Origin: an uncultured Clostridia bacterium
GTDB lineage: Bacteria > Bacillota > Clostridia > TANB77 > CAG-508
Direction of reading: 5' to 3'
DNA: 32,000 nt
NCBI GenBank assembly: GCA_934177485.1
Contig: CAKPPF010000001.1
Span: forward strand, 324,105 to 356,104
The translations under genes were made by a program, and so were the position numbers. The notes below the pieces were generated by a model. The model made no database searches and was not told the DNA's origin. It was given only the letters and a program-made list of their open reading frames with translations. The stretch's first letter is position 1, and each line of letters opens with the position of its first letter. Below, piece after piece: positions 26,265 to 32,000 of the stretch.

Positions 26265-27804
26265 ATGTTATCAAAAATAAATAGTATGTCTCTACAAGGA
26301 TTAGAGGGATATCTTATTGAGGTACAAGTGGATGTTTCTAATGGAATGCCATGTTGTGAAATGGTCCGGCCTTCCGGACACTAGTGTTAAAGAAGCTAAA
26401 GAAAGAGTAAGAACAGCTATAAAAAATAGTGGATATGAGTTACTTAGTAAAAGGATAATTATAAATTTAGCGCCAGCAGATACAAAAAAAGAAGGCTCAA
26501 TATTTGATTTGCCAATTGCCATTGGTATTTTGGTAGATTTAGGAGAAATTAATAATATTAATTTTGAAAAGCTTGCTTTTGTTGGAGAACTTTCGTTAGA
26601 TGGAAAAATTAATAAAATAAATGGAATTCTTCCAATGTGTATAGAAGCACAAAAACTTGGAATAGAAAAAATAATTGTACCAATAGAAAATGCAAATGAA
26701 GCAGCTATTGTAAATAATATAGAAGTTATTGGTGCTAAAAATTTAAAACAGGTTGTAGACTACTTAAACAGTAAAATAAGTATAGAACCAAGTAGAGTAG
26801 ATTTGTCTAAAGTGTTTCATAATAGAAATAAATATATGCTCGATTTTTCAGAGGTAAAAGGGCAGGAAAATATAAAGCGTGCACTTGAAATAGCTGCTGC
26901 ACGGAGGACACAATTGTTTATTAATTCGGAAGTCCAGGTTCACGGTAAAACTATGATGGCAAGAAGGATTCCATCAATTTTACCAGATTTAAATTTTGAA
27001 GAAGCTCTTGAAATAACGAAAATACATAGCATTGCTGGTGAACTTCCTAAAAATATGCCAATTATAACTACTAGACCATTTAGATCTCCTCATCATACAG
27101 TATCTGGAACGTCTTTAGTTGGAGGAGGAAGAATACCTAAACCAGGAGAAATAAGTTTAGCACATTTTGGAGTGCTGTTTTTAGATGAATTACCAGAATT
27201 TAATAAAAATACTTTAGAAGTTATGCGAGGACCTCTAGAAGATGGTATTGTAACAATTAGTAGAGTAAATGCTACTTTAACATATCCATGCGATTTTATG
27301 TTTGTTGCTTCTATGAATCCGTGTCCTTGTGGCTATTATGGCTAAAAAGATAAAGAATGCACTTGCACGCCACAGATGATTTCAAAATATATGGGAAAAA
27401 TAAGTGGACCTTTGCTAGATAGAATAGATATACAAATTGAAGTAACACCCGTAAAATATAAAAAGTTGGATAGTGATGAAAAGGCAGAAAGTTCAGAAAC
27501 AATAAAAAATAGAGTGAATGCAGCAAGAAAAATCCAACTTGAAAGATATGCAAGTGAAAATATATACTCAAATTCTCAACTAACCCCTAAACTTATAGAA
27601 AGATATTGCAAAATAAATACAGAAAGTAAAAAAATTTTGCAGGCAGCATTTGAAAAATTAGGCTTAAGTGCAAGAGCACATGGAAGAATTTTAAAAGTTG
27701 CAAGAACTATTGCAGATTTAGCTGGAGAAAAAGAAATTCAAACAGAACATATTGCAGAAGCTATTTTGTATAGAAGTCTTGATAAAAAATACTGGAAAAA
27801 TTAA
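26265..27804 (+). pseudogene. comM: comM/yifB (Mg-chelatase-like competence ATPase), disrupted
   Basis: ATG at 26265 after AAAGGTGG. Extra C at 26366/26367 shifts the frame. Extra Cs at 26902, 26927 and 26943 scramble the Walker A motif but restore the frame. In-frame TAA at 27343-27345. Removing the four Cs gives [17 protein letters not shown] and [24 protein letters not shown]. Confidence 0.85.
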
Positions 27805-27819
27805 AAAGGATTTTAAAAT

Positions 27820-28689
27820 ATGAAAGTAAAAGAAATAACACAAGACGATTATGAATATCCTAAAAAATTACTACAAATAAAGGATAAACCAACAAAGTTA
27901 TATGCTTTGGGAAATATTGATTTATTAAATAAAACATCTATTGCAATAGTTGGCTCAAGAGATTGCACTGAATATGGGTATAAACAAGCTATTAGGTTTG
28001 CAAAAGAACTTTCACAAAAAAATATATGTGTAATAAGTGGAATGGCAAAAGGAATAGATACAGCAGCACATATAGGAGCAAAAATGTATTTAGGTGGAAC
28101 AGTTGCAGTTTTGGGAGGAGGATTTAATGATATATTCCCAAAAGAAAATGAGAGCTTATTTAAAGAAATATTAGAAGATGAGGGCTGTATAATTTCAGAA
28201 TATGCACCTAATATTATGCATGAAAGCATATACTTTCCTAGAAGGAATAGAATTGTTGCAGGGCTTAGTGATGCATTACTTGTAGTTGAAGCAAAATACA
28301 GAAGTGGAACAAGTATAACGGCTAAATATGCTGTAAAACAAAAGAAAACAGTTTATTGTATACCAAGTAGCTTAGAAAGTAAAAATGCATATGGAACAAG
28401 TAGACTAATACAAAATGGTGCCAAACTTGTAACATCTTCAAATGATATTTTAAAAGATTTTGGAATTAGTATGTTAAAAAAAGCTAAAGAAACAAAAAAA
28501 CATATAACTATAGACAAAAAGTATAAGGAAATATATGAAAAAATTTCACATATTCCAATTAGTATAAATGAGCTTCAGAAAATAACAAATAAAAACATTG
28601 TAGAAATAAATTCAGCCATAACAATGCTTGAATTACAAGGTGCCATAAAGCAAGTAGGAATTAATGAATATATACGAAATGAGGAATAA
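27820..28689 (+). CDS. dprA: DNA processing protein DprA
   Basis: IAIVGSRDCTEYG and SGMAKGIDTAAH motifs, with a C-terminal winged-helix-like tail. Confidence 0.9.
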   Translation: MKVKEITQDDYEYPKKLLQIKDKPTKLYALGNIDLLNKTSIAIVGSRDCTEYGYKQAIRFAKELSQKNICVISGMAKGIDTAAHIGAKMYLGGTVAVLGGGFNDIFPKENESLFKEILEDEGCIISEYAPNIMHESIYFPRRNRIVAGLSDALLVVEAKYRSGTSITAKYAVKQKKTVYCIPSSLESKNAYGTSRLIQNGAKLVTSSNDILKDFGISMLKKAKETKKHITIDKKYKEIYEKISHIPISINELQKITNKNIVEINSAITMLELQGAIKQVGINEYIRNEE

Positions 28690-28693
28690 AATT

Positions 28694-29074
28694 ATGTATC
28701 AAAGCCATGAAACAGGAAAAGATGGAGAAGAACTTGCTACTAAATATTTATTAGAAAAAGGATATAAAATTATAGACAGAAATTTTAGTTGTAAACAAGG
28801 TGAAATAGATATTATTGCATTAGATAAAGATTATTATGTTTTTGTAGAAGTTAAAACAAGAACAAATGAACATTATGGAAAGCCAAGAGAAGCTGTTGAT
28901 GAAAAAAAGAAAAAACATATATATTTTTCTGCACAGTACTATGTTAATTTAAAACATATTGAAAATAAGCCAATAAGAATAGATATAATTGAAGTATATA
29001 AAAGAAAAAATAAATATTATTTAAATCATATAAAAAATGCAATAATAGAGAAACCAAAAAAATATTTTTGTTGA
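28694..29074 (+). CDS. yraN: YraN family endonuclease (UPF0102)
   Basis: ATG at 28694, 7 nt after GAGGAA. GEELATKYLLEKGYKIIDRNF..GEIDIIA..VFVEVKTR. Confidence 0.8.
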   Translation: MYQSHETGKDGEELATKYLLEKGYKIIDRNFSCKQGEIDIIALDKDYYVFVEVKTRTNEHYGKPREAVDEKKKKHIYFSAQYYVNLKHIENKPIRIDIIEVYKRKNKYYLNHIKNAIIEKPKKYFC

Positions 29075-29140
29075 AATAATAATTATAAAGATATATAATA
29101 AGTTTGTAAAAACGAGGTAACTAAAATATAGGAGGCAAAT

Positions 29141-30379
29141 ATGCAGTCTTTAAAAGAATTCTATAAAATAGGTAATGGACCCTCAAGTTCGCATACAATG
29201 GGACCTAAAAGAGCGACATTATGGTTTAAGTCTAAAAATCCAGATGCAGATAGATTTGATATATTTCTATATGGCTCACTAGCATTTACTGGTAAGGGAC
29301 ATTTAACAGATAAAATAATTAAGGATACTTTAGAACCAATAGAAACTAATATAATATTTGATACTAAACAAATATGCGATAAACATCCAAATACTATGGA
29401 TTTAGTAGCATATAAAAATGGAGAAAAAATATCTAAAGCACGAGTATATTCTGTTGGTGGAGGTACAATAGAAATAGAAGGTCAAAAACAAGAAATACTT
29501 CCAGATATATATAAACTTGAAAGTTTTAATGATATTAAAAAATATTGTATAAATAATAATAAAGAAATATTTGACTATGTTGTAGAAACAGAGGGAGAAG
29601 ATATAATAGACTTTTTAAAAAACGTGTGGCATACAATGCAAAAATGTGTTGAATGTGGCATAAACAAAGAAGGCATTATACCAGGAAAACTCGGAATAGA
29701 AAGAAAGGCTAAGAAAATTTTTAACAATACAGAGGGAGACTCAGATCCAGTTTTAAAGAAAACAAGAATACTTACAAGTTATGCATATGCAGTAAGCGAA
29801 AACAATGCATCAGGAGATGTTATTGTTACAGCACCAACCTGTGGGGCTTCTGGAATTGTCCCTGCAGTACTTTGTTATTTACAAGAGGAATTTAATATAG
29901 ATGAAGAAAAAATAATAAAAGCATTAGCTGTTGCTGGAACAATTGGAAACTTAATAAAAACTAATGCATCAATAAGTGGAGCAGAATGTGGTTGTCAAGC
30001 TGAAATAGGAACAGCGTGTTCTATGGCAGCAGGTGCAACAGCATATTTAATGGGACTAAGCCTTGAGCAAATAGACAATGCAGCAGAAATTGCAATGGAA
30101 CACCATTTAGGTTTAACATGTGACCCAATTTATGGATATGTTCAAATCCCATGTATTGAAAGAAACGCAGTAGGAGCCTTAAGAGCAATAGATGCTGCTA
30201 ATATGGCTAAAATTGTAAATGGAAAAAGTTATATACCATTTGATTTAGTAGTAGAAACAATGTATGAAACAGGAAAAGACTTAAATTCTCATTATAGAGA
30301 AACTAGCAAGGGAGGACTTGCTAAAAAATATTGTAGGAATAAATATATTATGAATAAAAAAGATATAATAGACGAGTAA
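29141..30379 (+). CDS. sdaA: L-serine ammonia-lyase (iron-sulfur dependent, single-chain form)
   Basis: AGGAGG RBS. IGNGPSSSHTMGP N-terminus and a CGCQAEIG cluster region. Confidence 0.8.
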   Translation: MQSLKEFYKIGNGPSSSHTMGPKRATLWFKSKNPDADRFDIFLYGSLAFTGKGHLTDKIIKDTLEPIETNIIFDTKQICDKHPNTMDLVAYKNGEKISKARVYSVGGGTIEIEGQKQEILPDIYKLESFNDIKKYCINNNKEIFDYVVETEGEDIIDFLKNVWHTMQKCVECGINKEGIIPGKLGIERKAKKIFNNTEGDSDPVLKKTRILTSYAYAVSENNASGDVIVTAPTCGASGIVPAVLCYLQEEFNIDEEKIIKALAVAGTIGNLIKTNASISGAECGCQAEIGTACSMAAGATAYLMGLSLEQIDNAAEIAMEHHLGLTCDPIYGYVQIPCIERNAVGALRAIDAANMAKIVNGKSYIPFDLVVETMYETGKDLNSHYRETSKGGLAKKYCRNKYIMNKKDIIDE

Positions 30380-30412
30380 GAACAATCATAGATTCTTCTG
30401 AAACAAATTACA

Positions 30413-30451
30413 ATATTATGTGGGCAGATCTTTTGTCTGCCCACATAATAT
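30413..30451. terminator. Bidirectional terminator between sdaA and spoIVA
   Basis: ATATTATGTGGGCAGA-tcttttg-TCTGCCCACATAATAT, a 16-bp perfect stem. Confidence 0.8.
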
Positions 30452-30460
30452 AAAATTATT

Positions 30461-31939
30461 TTAAAGTATTATACAAATTAATCCTCCGCTACCTTCATTT
30501 ATTATTCTTTGTAAAGTTTCTTGAAGTTTCATTTGAGCATCTTCAGGCATTTTGGATAATTTATTTTGTAATCCTTCATTTACAAGTTCATGTAAATTTT
30601 TTCCAAATATATTTGATTCCCAAATTTTAAGTGGATCGTTTTCAAATTCAGAAAGTAAGTAATTTACTAATTCTTCAGACTGCTTTTCACTTCCAACTAT
30701 TGGAGATACTTCTGTTTCAATGTCTGCTCTTATCATATGTATTGATGGTGCACGTGCTTTTAATTTTACTCCAAATCTAGAACCCTGTTTTACTATTTCT
30801 GGCTCATCTAATATAAGTTCTTCAATTGATGGAGTAACAATTCCATATCCTTTTTGTTTTACTTCATTTAATGCATATGATATTTTATCATATTCTTTTT
30901 TTACAGAAGATAAATTTGAAATTGTTGTAAATAAATCACCTTCATTTGCTATGTTGATTCCAGATACTTCTGTTAAAACTTTATAAAATAAATCTTCTTT
31001 TAATGTAATTGTAATATTTACTTCGCCATTTCCTAAATTAATATCATCTGAGCTACATTTGTCTATCACTTCAGTATTTTGAAGAGTTGTTATTGCTTTG
31101 TCTATTTCTTTTAATTCAGATATATCACTAAATGCATTCATAATGTCTGCATAAAGAGATGTTTTTAGCCAATGAGTATTATCAAGAGCATCTATCCATT
31201 TTGGAAAATCTATATTAATTTGTTCAATTGGAAATTCATATAAAACTCTACTAAAGATATTATTTATGTCTGTTGTTTCTAAATTAGAGCAGTCTGCTGG
31301 AATAACTGGTGCATCATATTTTTCTTCTAATTCATCTGCCAAACCTCTAGTATATTCAGAATATGGAGAACTAGAGTTTAAAACAATTGCAAATGGTTTA
31401 TTTAATTCTTTTAGCTCTCTTACAACTCTTTCTTCTGCCTCAAGATAATCTTCTCTTGGAATGTCTGTAATGCTACCATCTGTTGTTACTAATAATCCTA
31501 TAGTAGAATGTTCTTTTATAACTTTTCTAGTACCAATTTCTGCTGCATCTTCAAAAGGAATTTCTTCATCTGACCATGGAGTTCTAACCATTCTTGGCAT
31601 ATCATCTTCTAAATATCCAATTGCATTATTAACTAAATAACCTACACAATCAACTAAACGAGTTTTTAATTTTAAGTTGTTGCCAATTGTAATATCAATT
31701 GCTTCGTTTGGAACAAACTTTGGTTCAGTAGTCATTATAGTTCTACCAGCTGCACTTTGTGGCAATTCATCTAAAGCTCTTTGTCTTTTGTATTCACCCT
31801 CAATATTAGGTATAACCATTAAATCCATGAATTTTTTTATAAATGTAGATTTACCAGTTCTTACAGGACCAACAACTCCGATATAAATATCACCATCTGT
31901 ACGAGTAGCTATATCTTGATATAAATTCAAATTATCCAT
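30461..31939 (-). CDS. spoIVA: Stage IV sporulation protein A
   Basis: AAGGAGG RBS. MDNLNLYQDIATRTDGDIYIGVVGPVRTGKSTFIKKF (Walker A), 492 aa. Confidence 0.95.
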   Translation of the reverse strand: MDNLNLYQDIATRTDGDIYIGVVGPVRTGKSTFIKKFMDLMVIPNIEGEYKRQRALDELPQSAAGRTIMTTEPKFVPNEAIDITIGNNLKLKTRLVDCVGYLVNNAIGYLEDDMPRMVRTPWSDEEIPFEDAAEIGTRKVIKEHSTIGLLVTTDGSITDIPREDYLEAEERVVRELKELNKPFAIVLNSSSPYSEYTRGLADELEEKYDAPVIPADCSNLETTDINNIFSRVLYEFPIEQINIDFPKWIDALDNTHWLKTSLYADIMNAFSDISELKEIDKAITTLQNTEVIDKCSSDDINLGNGEVNITITLKEDLFYKVLTEVSGINIANEGDLFTTISNLSSVKKEYDKISYALNEVKQKGYGIVTPSIEELILDEPEIVKQGSRFGVKLKARAPSIHMIRADIETEVSPIVGSEKQSEELVNYLLSEFENDPLKIWESNIFGKNLHELVNEGLQNKLSKMPEDAQMKLQETLQRIINEGSGGLICIIL

Positions 31940-32000
31940 TTAAAAATTAACCTCCTTAAAAATGTTTGTACAATAAACTTTATTAATTAATATTACAGTC

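Noticed and set aside
26317-27804. Treating 26317-27345 and 27376-27804 as two independent genes
   Set aside because: Together with 26265-26384 they align colinearly with a single ComM/YifB protein. The breaks are one frameshift and one in-frame stop, so this is one pseudogene.

Overview
Very AT-rich chromosomal segment (judged by eye, not computed) from an endospore-forming, Clostridia-like Firmicute; spoIVA is present. Most genes are housekeeping and lie on the + strand: mutL (3' part), miaA, sepF, divIVA, rbgA, mini-RNase III, rplU-rpmA, ppaC (-), miaB, mutS, asnB (-), pyrG, groES-groEL behind a CIRCE operator, a decayed comM, dprA, yraN, sdaA and spoIVA (-). I saw no rRNA, tRNA, CRISPR array, transposase, integrase or phage genes. 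Four things are not explained by ordinary annotation. (1) Seven intergenic loci are built from a shared set of hairpin modules used in varying combinations and in both orientations, with paired substitutions that preserve the stems. Four of these copies carry a perfect extended -10 promoter (TGcTATAAT) followed by a hairpin and a terminator, so they may be a multicopy small-RNA gene family. (2) An orphan promoter-to-terminator unit on the minus strand (21706-21941) holds a hydrophobic 51-55 codon frame with no canonical start codon. (3) A visibly GC-richer 59-codon Cys-rich ORF (15392-15571) sits next to a 34-bp perfect hairpin and 10-nt iterons. (4) comM is inactivated by four single-C insertions, each in front of GG, three of them inside the Walker A motif, plus one in-frame stop. 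A small accessory islet at 24.1-26.1 kb carries a Phd/YefM-YoeB toxin-antitoxin pair, a truncated LRR surface-protein remnant and two tiny Cys-rich membrane peptides missed by the 60-aa ORF cut-off. Everything here comes from reading the sequence; no searches were run.
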